Of a DNA stretch of 64,000 nt, positions 38,550 through 51,770 are shown piece after piece (within the stretch, counting starts at the first letter, position 1; every line of letters starts with the position of its first letter). Made by a program: the position numbers and the translations under genes. This stretch comes from Lama guanicoe (lineage: Eukaryota): assembly GCA_013239625.1 (NCBI GenBank), contig MU054220.1, positions 5,019,328 to 5,083,327 of the forward strand. Reading direction: 5' to 3'. The notes under the pieces are model-generated. The model saw nothing but the letters and a program-made list of their open reading frames with translations. It was not told the origin of the DNA and ran no database searches.

Positions 38550-41500
38550 TTGAATTGCTATTCTAATTAAGAAGTGAATGACTCCAGACACATTTGAACA
38601 CTGAATGATTGAGACTTCAACCAGAGCGCCTATCGCTGGTGAACCCACAGGAGACTGGTGGACATCAGGAAGACGGGACACATTTGTTCTTGGAGTTGGT
38701 GGTCAGAATAGCTGATGGGACCTTGCACAATGGGTGCTGCCTTTTAGCAAGTGCTCCTATCATGGTTTCCTGGATGTCAGTAGCAGGTCTTGACAGAGGC
38801 AGGTGATGGGCTCAGGAAGCCTTCAGGGATATGATCGAGTCAGTCAGAAGGTGAATGGGTTAAAGGATTATAGAGCCCTAGTCAATAAGAATTTGGCTCT
38901 GGAGCTACTTAGCCCAGGTTTTGAGTCCTGATCTCTGCTATTTCTTACCCTCAGGAACTTAGGCAAACCATTCATCCTCTCTGAGCTCTTTTATGATCTG
39001 TAAAAAGTGGATAATTATGTATGCTCTATAGATTTGTGGATTAAATGAGATACCATAAATAAAGCCTTAGTGCACTACTAGGTAAACCATAAGTGCTGCA
39101 AAAAGGGAGCTGTTGCATGGATGAAGAGAGAGAATCAAGGGGGTCTGGCAGTATGCAACTGACAAAACTGTTGCTGACTTTTGCAATATGAAATCTCAGG
39201 GAGGAAGGTTAAAGTCAAGCAACTAATGGACATAGAATTGTGAATTAAAGAAAAAGATCCACCTGCTAAAATACTGTCAGAACTTCATCTCCAAACACAT
39301 CGACACCCACATACCTGGGCATTCGGTGCTATTGCCACGCCCATGTGACTGGCTTTGGAAGGAGGAGACCTGAGGCAGTTTCTTCAACTTCATTGCTGAG
39401 AGAACGTCCCCAAGGAGACCCGTTCCCATGAGCCTTTCATGTTGGATTCAGAAAAACTTGCAAGTGAGGTCAGTACATCTTTGTCTGTTTTGAAGGTTTG
39501 CTGTTTGTAGTGACACAATTCTAAGTCTTCTAGGGGAAATTTTAGAGATTAATGAGCAGAAATAAACCAGGATTCCAATTGAGTAAAGTCTTAAAAGTTT
39601 CTCATGGATGGAGAAGGGTATGATTTCTGAATGGGGATAAGAAATATAATGCTTTGTAACAAGGAGCTGCTCTTTGTTTAAGTTGATATGCTGCTGGCCT
39701 GCTAACCCTTAGACATGCTGGTTGATTTGTTCCCCCGCTCCTGGATTGGATCAGCGCTGAGCCTCCCATACCAACCTTTCTGAAGGTGAATGCTGGCTTG
39801 ATGGTGTGTGACAGCCTGTCCAGAGAACCACCCTCCATCTCTTGGTCTCAGTATTCCTGGAATCTGACCACAGAGCTAAGCTAACAAAATGAACTGGCCG
39901 TGGTATGTATTGTATAGCCCTGGAGCTGTGCACAGATATTTCCATGTAATGACAATTTCTCCATTCAGGTCCTAGAAATTAAACTCTGGAACATCAGAGG
40001 GGGCAACAGGAAAGAGAACACAGACACAAGAGCACAAGGTAGAGACGACACTGTCAAGAGAAGATGACTGTTTTTATTGTCCGCCTGAACAGAGAGCTCT
40101 TATGATACATTAACTTTGAGAGAGCAAATGAGACCCCGTGCCCAGATGAGAGGTGAGCTGGGAGGCAGTCTCCCGGAAGGTCAAATGCTCATTGTCCTTG
40201 TGTCTCAGAGAGCCTGATATTTACTACACAGCTCTCTTGTTTCTCCCTTTCCATCAAACTGCTTTTATCCAAAAGCCATTAGCCCTAAGCTCTTTCTTTC
40301 CTGGCAGGGCCAGGATAAGAGTGAACTGTGAGGTAGCAGCTACCCTTGAAAATGATAGCTTTTGTCAGTCTATTGCCTCTGAAGAGTGAAGACCAGACAG
40401 AGGGGAGCAAAGCCCTAACTCTGTCATGGATGAGGAGAAAGGGATATGGTGCCTTTTTTCAGGACTAAAGAGGTAGAGATTTATGCCTTCCTTCAGCTGT
40501 CTTTTTTTCTTTCTTTTTCTCTCTCTCTTTTTACTAATCCATAGAGCAGAAATGACCAACCCAGAGCTTCTGACTGAACTAAATTTTGTTCCAAGAATTG
40601 TGCCTCACTCTACATGTTCCTGTTTTCTTTTTCTTCCCTGAGCTGATCCTCTTGGGCATTTGCTATGTTTAAAACTTTCCACCAAACTCCTGTTTTCCCC
40701 ACAAAGATAGCTTCTACACCAAAGTGAATTTCTTTCTTTCCTCCCAGGCTGATAATTGGATACCCACTTTACAGATACCACATGGCCTCCTATTTTTGCC
40801 CAAGTCCTCTGTTAATGAACAATAAACCCTGTATCCTCTATGGATCCAGAGAAAATTGCTTTTTAAAGGAACAGAAACAAATGCTGTAACTTTGTGTGGT
40901 CCACTGCCTATAAACGGTTGTGAAGGCTTATTATGGTTGGCCTCTGATGGTTCTTTTTTAATTGTGACTCATAAAAACTGAAATAAATTGCTTTAACAAA
41001 TGGCTCTGTGAAGCGCTATTGTTGTCAAGCTAACTTTCATTCTCTTGGGGGAATCTGCAGATGGAGATTTAAGTAAAGATAGAAGTGGTTTGGTCATTTT
41101 AGACCAATTCCCAAAAGAAATTCTGGGCCCTCTGCTATTTCCTAGCAGTTGTCGCCATCAGATCTGGAGAGTGTGGAAATTAGTCTCGATGTGAGAAATT
41201 CAGGGGCCTTCAGTTGGGTCTCTCTTGGGGCAAGTTCCACGTGCCTATGAAGTATTATTAAACTAGGAGAAGCCACTTTGCAGGAAATTACAAAATTCGG
41301 ATTTTATCTCTTAGTAAAGCACAAGAGTTGTTCGTGGTAGCCATTTAATGAATGTAAGAAAAGTGTGAACATCTAGCCCTGTCTGATGATTACTATGTTC
41401 TGAGGTGAGATGCCACGTGATGCCAGGCCATCATGTTAATCATCCCACGGTCAAAGCTCTCTTACTCCAATCCAAACAGTCAATCCCTCACCCAGAAATC

Positions 41501-41571
41501 CTCCTCCAAGACCTAGGATTATCTATGTTGCATATTGAAACTTTTTTTTAAAACATCTCTTCCTGGGATGG

Positions 41572-42084
41572 TGTGTTAGTTAGCTTTTGCTGTGTAACAA
41601 ATCACCCCAAACACACAATGGCTTAAAACAACCACCATTTATTTACCTTATAATTCAGTTGGTTGGAAATCTGGGCTGGACTCAGCTAGGTGGCTTTTCC
41701 ATTCACTCCTGGGCTCACTTGTTTATTTTAACTGCAAGACTGTCCTGTGGCTAGTTAATTAGGATAGCCTCAGTGGGGATAGCTTATCTCTGCTCCCTAT
41801 GGAGTGTTATTCTACAGTGGACTAGCCCAGGCTTGTTCACACAGCCACTGGGTTGGATTCTGGGAGTGTGGAAACTGCAAGACTTAAGGTTTAGGCTCTA
41901 GAACTTGCACAGTCTCTTCTGCAGCATATCTATTGATCAAAGCAAGTGTCAAGGCCAGTCCTGATAGAAGAGGTGGGGAAAAAAATTTCACCTGTTGATA
42001 GGAAAATCTACAAAGTCACATTGCAAGGAGTGTGGACACAGGGAGAGGAATCATTGAGACTGTGTTTTCAAGCAATATGCCACA
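41572..42084 (-). mobile_element. MLT1 LTR
   Basis: tgtgttagttagcttttgctgtgtaacaaatcacccc...caaagtcacattgcaagg...ccaca. Confidence 0.85.
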
Positions 42085-42493
42085 TACTGGAGAAGATTTG
42101 CTATAATCTTTTTTAAAAAACCAATGGAGGGTCTGTCTTTGTGAGCCTGGGAAAAACACTAGACTTCATTTTTTAGGAATTTCGAAACAGAGCTTTAGGG
42201 TTTAGCAGTTTCCATAGTACTGAACGAAGGGCTCTTTTTGTCTCTAATTACCAGTGCGATGCCCAGCTCAAGTCCTTTGTGGGGCTGTGTTCCTATGGAC
42301 GTTCTCTTTAGTTCTTAGACTGTACTAATATCATCCCTGTTGCTGGGCCTTCTATCATTCCCAAACTAATACTGTGAAATATTGCTCAAGGACAACACAC
42401 CCAAATCTTCATTATTTATGCTTTGATTACATATGTTTTGATTTATCTGTGGTGACTCAACTGCTTGCTCTGTTGGTATTTCCATACTCAGTC

Positions 42494-43080
42494 TGTCCAA
42501 AAACAAAATTCAACCAAGTTAATTTGAAGGTCTAATTGGCTTTTTTGGGGGAGATTTTTAGTATTTTATTTTATTTTATTCTTATGGAGGTACTGGAGAT
42601 TGAACCCAGGACCTCCTACATGCTAAGCATGCACTTTACCACTGAGCTGTACCCACCCCCCGCCATCATTGGCTTTATTAGGTGATTCATGAATTGGGGA
42701 ACAACCCATCTAACAATTAGTAGGGTGCTCGGGGGGTTGTACAAAATGAGAGGGTTTTATAGGAAGAAGGGTGGGGCAAGGGAGCTGTTAGCAAAAGGAG
42801 AGAAAGGATCCTTTTTTGGTCAGAACATCTTTTCTTGGGGAAAGGGAATGCATGGATTTTATCACACAGTTTACATCTTCTTCCTCTAGGGGATGGAGAG
42901 GGCTCAAGTGACATTACCTCATTGGTGCTGGCCAGAAATTTCCAAACTTGTTGATCTAGATGACATCTCTGGGGAAGGTTGAAACTGCAGTTAGGTTAGG
43001 TGTTATTAAGTCTAGGTTTGGTATCCTGGGATTTAGCACAAGTGATGCCATTTTGGGCCCGTGTTTTTTTCTCTTTAACA
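42494..43080 (-). mobile_element. ERV1-type solo LTR interrupted by a SINE
   Basis: TG...ctttaaca termini, minus-strand poly(A) signal, gatgccattttggg near the end. Confidence 0.7.
42544..42667 (-). mobile_element. tRNA-derived SINE (Vic-1-like)
   Basis: SINE body with TSD attggcttt at 42535-42543 and 42668-42676. Confidence 0.9.
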
Positions 43081-43573
43081 GTTCCATTTGTACTTATCCT
43101 ATTGTTGGGGAAGTGTGAGTGAGCAAAGCCTGGTTTACACTGCTCTATTTGAATCAGCCTCACTGAAGATTGGTTTAATCCTTGTATGAGAAGAGATGTA
43201 GGAAAATGCCATGGACAGGCTGACTGTCCTGAGTCAGGATTGGGTATGGAAAATATATTAAAAATCCCTTTCCCTGAATATCACACACATCTGACTTCAC
43301 TGCAAATGTCAAGACAAATCTAAAAGATTTCTTTAGATTACTCACTCTTTTGAACTGTCCCCATCTGCTTTCTTTCCTTACATGAATATTGAGAGTTGAC
43401 TGCATAATTCATGCATGTTGGCTTATTTATGGTTTCTGATAGAGCCCCTTGCATGCTTCATTGTGCTTTATGAAACTCTAATCTATTCAGATTATAAATC
43501 TTCTCTTCTTCTCTTTGGAGGATGCTTCCTGCAGGATCCAAAATGTAGTAAGTATGAAAATGGCAATGCCTTA

Positions 43574-43840
43574 GAAAATAAACTTACGGTTACCAGGGGG
43601 AAAGGGGGTGGGGAGGAATAAATCGGGAGTTCGAGATTTGCAGATACTAACTACTATGTATAAAATAGACATACAACACGTTTCTTCTGTATAGCACAGG
43701 GAATGATATTCAGTATCTTGTAGTAACCCATAATGAATATGAAAAGGAATATATGTATGTATATGTATGAGTGAAACATTATGCAGTACACCAGAAACTG
43801 ATACAGTGCGGTACATGTACTATAGTTCAATTTAAAAAAA
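43574..43840 (+). mobile_element. Young L1 3' end
   Basis: aaacttacggttaccagggg...gagatttgcagatactaactact...A tail. Approximate TSD ggcaatgcctta / ggtaatgactta. Confidence 0.85.
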
Positions 43841-44622
43841 AAGGTAATGACTTAAAAATATACTGTGGAGCTTTAGAGTTTATCATCTAATAACAGGAGC
43901 CTACTATGAATAGACACTGCCTAGGCATTTTAAATATATGAATACATAAATAAATCATTCACAGTGTAACCTTGTGTGTAGGTTTGACATTCCTGTTTCT
44001 TATATGAGAAAACTAAGGCTCATAGCAGTGAAGTTACTTACCTAGAAGAGCATGGAATCATTATGTCACTAAAGCAGACGGCGAACCAAGGTCAGACTGA
44101 CTACAGAGCTCGTTCTTTGCATAATACAGTGGGATTCTTAAATGTGATAATGGCCTTTGACTGCTGAGTCACTGCTACCATCTTTTTGTAGAAATGCACT
44201 ATTTTTCCTGGAAGGAGCAGGGATATTGATGCCCTCACTTCCCCATCATTATGATTTCGTGGCATAGCTACAAGATAGAAGTCACCTTCTGAAAACTCAC
44301 GTGAGATTGGAATGGTAGACACTGCATAAGCCTAGGGGGAAGTGCACTGACTGAGCGAGGGATATGAAGTGGGTGGGGAGAATCAGAAAGGGGCTTCTCT
44401 GTCAATCCTGGTGCAGTTTGAAAATTACATATCTTAAATCTGAATCTCAAGATGTAAAAATATCCAGTATCAGTGTCTTTTTAAAGGACTCAGGCATAGA
44501 GTTGTAGTGAGGTTGCCAGACTCTTCTCTCTTGATCTGGAATTGGGTCTTGATGTTCTTCTAAGTCACTGGTGACGTTTACACATACATAAAGGCATCAG
44601 GTTAGATTCGAACTTCCTCTTC

Positions 44623-44761
44623 CTGTATTGTCTGTTTTATGAGGGGGAGGTAATTAGGTTTCTTCAATGATTTCCACTTGGAGGAGGTACTGGGGTTTGA
44701 ATCCCAGACCTCTTGGGTGCTGGGCATGCGCTCTACCACTTGAGCTAGACCCTTCCACCCC
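44623..44761 (-). mobile_element. tRNA-derived SINE (Vic-1-like)
   Basis: SINE body with a perfect 12-bp TSD aacttcctcttc at 44611-44622 and 44762-44773. Confidence 0.9.
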
Positions 44762-45294
44762 AACTTCCTCTTCTTAAAACATCTTATTTTTAATTATCAT
44801 TGTAAATTGAAGTTATATCATAGCTGCTCCTATACATCAGGTAGCTGCCTGTAGGCAGTGCCGCCACCTTCTGCCACTCTTATGCTTCTAGGAATGGCCT
44901 TCACTTGAGGACCACACACTTGACTTCTATAGTTTGGTTCATAGGTTTTGCTTCAAAGCTATTTGGATCTGGAACAACATTTCCCAAGGGTGTTCCAGAA
45001 CAGCATGTCTCATGTGTATTCCCAAGTCTGGAAAACTCTTGGAAAATAGCAACATATTCTAGATTATGAAAGGCTTGTGAAAATGTTGCACTTCACATGT
45101 CTGATAAGTTGTTCAATACTTGTCAGAAATCAAGAGCTCCATTTTGGACTTGTTACATTTGACTTGCTCAGTATATATCTAAGTGGGGATATCCAGGGAG
45201 CCAGTGGATCTATGAGCCTGGCACTCAGGGGGGAGATGAGATTTAGAGGTAAATAAATATTAAGGAATTAGCAGGATATAGATACATCCTTTAA

Positions 45295-45510
45295 AAAAGA
45301 TTATTAAGATAAGAACACCTAACATGGGATCTATTCTCTTAACAAATTTTAAGTCTCTAATATATTGTTGTTGACTGTAGGTACAATGTTGTATAGCAGA
45401 TCCTTAGGGCTTATTCATCTTACTCAGCTGAACCTTTATGCCCATTGATTAATAGCTCCCTTATTTCCCCCTCAGCCCCTGGTGAACACCACTCCAGCAT
45501 TTGATTTTAG
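45295..45510 (-). mobile_element. L1MA-like 3' fragment within an L2
   Basis: gatctattctcttaacaaatttt...acaatgttgtatagcagatc. Confidence 0.75.
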
Positions 45511-48500
45511 CGTATAAATGTTTTCTAGTGCAATGGGACTCTCCTTAGTGTAAATAGAGAGGAGAAGAGGGCTAAGCCTGGAATCTGGAACACCTATGGG
45601 AAACACATGGCTCTAAGGTGTAATAAAATCACAGCAAATAATAGGGAAAGCTTTAAAAAGTGCACCAAAAGGGAATGTATTAATTATGATGTAAAGACTT
45701 TAAAGTTGACCTAAATATTAATTTACATAAAACTATGCAAAATGTTACAGGAAAGCAGAAGAAAGAAATAAAAAATACAATCTTAAATGAGCAAGGGGAC
45801 ACATTCATAGTCATGCGTACAAATGTAGAGGAAGTAGAGGGGAGATATAATGATTAATACATGCATCACTGAAGAAAGCAATGTTAAAACACATTTATTG
45901 GGACCCATATTTGATGGTGGACAATTCAGTTATAACAGGTCATATCTATTGAAGATAGTCATAGCTTTTCCCTAATTTGCAAAAACTGTGATTTTTAGGC
46001 AGTCCTATATAATGTTGGGAAAAAAATCTCACAACAGAATGTGTTAGTAGGGATTTTTACTTCTTTTTTCTCTATTTTTCAAATTCTTTCTGACTTCACT
46101 TCTCCTAGGTTTCCAGATTATTAATCTATCTGATCTTCTCAACTAAAAAAAATGTACATCAAATATATCATTCATTTATTTATTACTGACTGATAATTCA
46201 TTTATTCACTCGACAAATACTTATTGGATGGTTACCATGTTCTAGGTATTTTTCTAGTTCTGAGAATACAGGTATAAGCAAAATACATAAAAATTTCTGC
46301 CTTCATTGAATTTATATTCAAGTTGGAAATGGGGAGAAAGAGTTAGAAACATAATTATGTATAAAAGAAGGTGCACATACATCAGATGGTGGTAAGTCCG
46401 TGGAAAAAGATAAATCAAGAAAGTCAGGGAGGTGGTGGAGTTGAATTTTAAATAGGACCATCAGGGATGGTATCATTGACATTTGAGCAAAGATCAGGAG
46501 GTGAAGAAGAGAGCTGTGCCAATATCTGGGGGAAGGTACTTTATTATCTTTGCTGGAGAACTGGGGAGAAGAAAATGCTCAACTCATAGACATAAAATGT
46601 TAATAACGGCATTTCAGATGACAATCAGGGAGACAGTTTTGGTGCAAAGACCTTCTTGGAGGCCTGCAAATGAATCATGCCACGCACATCACTGCCAGCA
46701 CTACCAGTGGGAAAGGCCAAGACGGCAGAGGGGTTTTGAGTAACTCTTTACAAAGGTGAATGCTGTACTACCTAGCAGGTGACAGCCAATGAATAGATCT
46801 GCTATAAAAAGCTGAAGGCTCCTAGCAATATGGTAAGATGCCAGAAGACATTTAAACATTATCAAGAAGAAAGGGAAAAAAAAAAACCCCACAAGGATTC
46901 ACTTTTTTATGGTCATTTTTCTAAACTTTAACTTGGCGTTCATCAGCAATGTCTCTTTAGACCTTTGACTCTGTGCTGGGTCTGGGTATTATTTGGTTCT
47001 CTGTAAGTCTAATAAAGATCCTATGTTCCCATGATTCACCTTGATGATAAAAGTTAGAAGTATAACGAAGGAGGTCTACCTAGCTTGGGAGAGGAAGTGA
47101 CAGGGAATCATGGTTGGCTTCTAGTTTTTCTGTTATGATATCCTTACTTCTGGATGTCCAGCCTTTTCTTCATGAACTCTAGGTAGTTATGTCTCTGACA
47201 CCAAGGTGACAGCTGGCCAATTCCTTTGTCCTATGTAGTGCTTGTCTTATGTAGCTCTCATTGGTTTCCCACAGTGCCGTGCCATTTGCTTGGTTCACTC
47301 TTTCTTCCTCTGAACTCCAGGACAACTAGATGTCACCAATCAGGGGCACCGTGTATGCTGTGCAGATTGTGCCACACACAAGGGCACCTAACCAAGGTCA
47401 AGTGGGAACTAAACTCCACTCAATGGTTTGCTCCCCCAAACCCTATCATGGAGCAGTATACATCTGGAGAAAGAGGTGTCCTTTTGTAATCTACCCAGAA
47501 ACAACCTATGTGAGTCAAGCTGCGTTCTGTGTAGCTGCAATCACCCAAAAGGGGGCCCAGTTATAGCTTTCAATGGTATATCTTTGAAGAAAACCTCTCT
47601 TTCTCTCTCTTCTGCATGCGCAAGCAGACGTACCCCTCAGATCTCATGCATTGTGGTTACATGCGCATATACACCCCTTGTCGATCATTGAGAAAAACTC
47701 ATTTTGTTCCTGAAATTCTGTTTCATCAAACGTGTGGGCTGTAATTATACTGGGAACAAGCCAAGGTTGTTGTCCACCTAAACCACTTCAGAATGAGTGA
47801 CTCTCACTGGAATAAAATCAGGCCTGGTTTATATCCCCCTTTCAATGTTTGACTAAATCATAGGATTATGGGGCTGGAGGGAGCTTTGCAAGTTATCCCA
47901 TCTCTAGAAAGTGCTTTATCTAGATCATTACAAACAAGTTTGGTTACTCTGCCCAGGGTCAGAAAAAATCGCTTGGAGTGAGAAACAGTGGTTGAGACTG
48001 AAAGCCAAGCTCCAAGTGGTAGACATGGGGTAGGTTTGTTACAGAAACAGCTGGACCTGCTCTCTTGGCACTGCAGTGGGCTGCTTTCCACTTTTGTGCA
48101 AACCAGGAATTGTACTCACCTCATTGCTTTAGGGTTAAGAACAAAGGCTTTGGAGCCAGATTTCTAAGACATGAATTTAAATTCTACCTCTTACCTGCTG
48201 TATAAACTTGACCAATTCCCTCAACTGCTCTGTGATTCAGTTTTCTCATCACCATTGCTGACATCTTCTCTAACATCATCACCATATTCCTCCTCCTCCT
48301 CCTCATCACTGCCATGTACTTCTGGTCCCTGTCCCTTCAGTGGCTTTTCCCTACAGTTGGACACTATGCTGCTTCTGTCTAAGTTCTTTTCCTCCCTGTA
48401 TATTACCGTGCCTGCCAAGTCATTCCCAAGCACCAGATTGGGTTTTCCTTGGTGTCTGGGTTCCTCCTGAGTAGACATCCTGGATATCACCTGGATACAG

Positions 48501-50466
48501 GCTGTTTCAATTCAGTCGAATCCAAAGTTAACAGACTGTGCGCCCTACAGGAGGAGAGAGTTAGGGGTTTAAGGTGTTCAGAAAAATAAACTGGAAAAAA
48601 AGAAAACATTAGTTCTAACAATCTTTGTGAATTTATTTAGACTAGGGTTTAAAGAAAATATGTAGGCCTTATGTGCATCATAAAAATGATAGGTATCATT
48701 TTTTGAACAGATACTATGCACTAGGTACAAGGCTAAATTTTTTAAAATACAAATATTTTAGTAATCTTGCTAGATAAATATTATGATGAGGCAATATGAG
48801 GAAACTGAAATGCGCAGTAATGAGAGATTTATAAAGGGCAGTGCTACCTCATATTTTCTCTCTGACACTATTTTCTCCCCCATATTAATTTGATCTTTTT
48901 TTTTCTGACCTCTGGATACCCTAAACACATGTATGAAGCATAACTCAGTCATAGAGAGTAAAGGCAGCTTTTTTCAGTTAACACATTTAATTATTTCCTT
49001 ATCATGAAAGTAATACATGATAAATATACAAAATTTTCAAACAATAGATTTATAAGTTGCCTAAGACCATGCGTATCTAATAAGTGGCACAGTCAAGGCT
49101 TAACCTTTTCTGGGAATCTATGCTCTCAGCCACAGTTTTGTATGAATCCATTTCCCTATGTTGGTGTACTTTGGTTAACTCACACACAGGGTTAAAAATT
49201 CAACGTTATTTAACATCCTGACACATCTCAGTTCAGGGCATTTGTTTGTTTTACACAGTTCCATCTGTCTTTAACTCAGGTTAACAGTATGGAATGTCTC
49301 TTGACCAAACAGGCAGCCAATGAGGGAGATAGTAACATTTTCATGATAGCAAATGAGACTGAAAAAGACATTGAGGCAAATGGAGTTGATGTCCATATAT
49401 GATAAATTGGCTCCTATCTAGTGATCTGAATAGTCACGTCTAGCTTGATGGCAATGCTATCAAATTATATGCAAATTGGTACATTGTTTGCATACTGTTT
49501 GGCCAGGGGCGGTCTCAGGTCACCTCCTCCTTTACTTGTGTTTCCCTAAACTTGACTCCTGCTGCTGTGGGTATTTGTTTGCTTTGCTGAGAATTATACT
49601 TTATGATGATACTTGCGTCAAATACATCATCACATTTTGTTTCCTTGGTGAATATTGGTTTACTTCTCTTTTTAGTTACAGTTAAGTTCAAAATAAGCCC
49701 CATAAAGTGATAGAGAAAATATGTATCAGGGTCTCAGGCCCTCCATCTGTAATATTAAGGGTTAAGTTAGATGACAGCTCAAGACTGTTCCATCTCTCAG
49801 TTTCTTTAAACTTTCCATTAGTCACAACAGTGGGAGAAATTTCAGGACCTGGGATCATGTTAATCCGTTTTTTTTTTCATAGTAAATTTGGTAATATTCC
49901 AGGAACGTTGCCAATTCATTTCCTGCCAGTTGCATAGAGTAGAATTTGTGATTTTCATCCATTGATGAGTGTCAGACCATATCCATGGCAAACTGAAATC
50001 AAAAGGGAAGCTGATTTTCAGTAAAGACATCAAAATGACCCGAGGGTAGGCACTGGACCTCATTTCTCATTGTTGAAGTGGAATAAAGTGAAATAAAGTT
50101 CTCTGCCACAAACATGTTCAGTGAGGTTTAAGAAATCTCCAGTTACAGCTTTGGCTTATAAAAATAATATTGCACTCTTACTCTGAGCCTGAACGGAATG
50201 TAGGCAGAAGTAATGACCATTCAATTACGTGTCACAGTGGTCCTCCTTTGAGGAGACAGAGTAGGAAATGCACTGGTGTAGAGGCAGGAAGACTTCCTGT
50301 GATTCTTGGTTACCCCTCTTACTAGTATGTGAGCTTAATCATGCTATTTAATTTCGTTGATTCTACACTTATCATCTATAAAATAGAAATAATAAAATGT
50401 TCCTTAGAGATTTATTATAAATATTAAATTTTAATACATTGGTAATGTCTACTGCTTGACAAATCT

Positions 50467-50800
50467 AGGTCCACAGTCTCATATTCAAAATTTTGAAGTC
50501 TGAAAGTTGCGAAAATTCTTCTCTTGAAATCCTCTTGGTAGCAAAACCTCCTCTGTCTGATCTGATTTCATTTGGTAGAAAAGTTTTACCTGATTGTGTG
50601 AAGCTATTGACAGTCTTTACCCTACTCAAAGTGAATATTCATACATTTTACTGCATACATGTAAGTGTTTATTTGTGCTGTCTCAGATCATTCTAGGGGA
50701 GTTACATAATGTACAATTTAATATCTTTCTAAAATTTAAAATTTCCTGAATTCTGAAACATACATGGCTCTGAGGATTTCTAATAAGGGATTTTAAGCCT
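50467..50800. mobile_element. Tigger-type non-autonomous DNA transposon
   Basis: Degenerate terminal inverted repeats aggtccacagtctcatatt / aataagggattttaagcct, flanked by TA. Confidence 0.55.
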
Positions 50801-51639
50801 ATATTTGTTTCCTGCTTTCAGAATAAATGACTGCAGACAAAAAATTGTATTAGCTTATTCTAGTTAATATCATATGTGGTCATTTTGGTAAATAATCTCT
50901 AGGATTTTTTCCTATATTTTTGAAGGGATATTTTCATACTATCTAAACTAAGATTTATGATTAAAACCTGGTAACTACCTTAGAGTTTATACTTGACAAA
51001 GACCTTAATACCTAAAACCTAGTGGGTCTTATGATAAGATAAAAAATATTCCACACTCTGGTTTAGTTTGACTGAGTTAAAAAGGCACTTTCACATTAAC
51101 TATAGTGGTTGCTTAGTAAATATTATTGAGAAGCGTTGAAATCCAAAGAAATACACATGAAATAGTAAGATAGTATGACAGTTGATGGAAGAATGAAATT
51201 TAATAAATTAATGAATAGAATGAAATTTAACAAATTAATTTAATTTAATTTAATTTAATCTCAGCTCCTGTGAAGATCCTTCAACTGGACCTCTTTTCAG
51301 CAAAGTATAATTTCTGCAGGTCTTTAACATACTTGGCTCAGCTTTTGGTCTCTTTTAAAGAAAAGTTGCATTTGTTGTTTAAAAAACGCAAATCAAATAC
51401 TCTCTCAGTTCTTAACTTCTTATTCACACCCAAGCATTATTAATCTTACACTTAGGATTAAATTTCTGTATGTATTGTCAGAAATTGTGGAGGCCTAAGA
51501 AAGTTGTAGATACGGATATACAGCCAAAGGTGGGAGCTAGCTCCTACCCATGGTATTGAAGCAGTCTTGTTCTGTTGCCAAGAGCAGAAGCCACTTGCTG
51601 AACTGTAACAAAACCAAATGATCAATTGCCTGAAGTGCT

Positions 51640-51770
51640 CGTAGCTCATTTAAAACAAATTCCAGGTTTAATTGAGGCTGTATCAAATAGATCATCCCGT
51701 ATTAAGAGGATGTTTTTGTAGCTTAAAACTTGCAGGAGAGACTATCAGTAGTACTCCATGTACGTGGTGA
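51640..51770 (+). mobile_element. Possible CR1/L3 reverse-transcriptase remnant
   Basis: aggctgtatcaaataga...agactatcagtagtact resembles the recalled L3 segment encoding LGCINRS...RPHLEYC. Confidence 0.35.
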
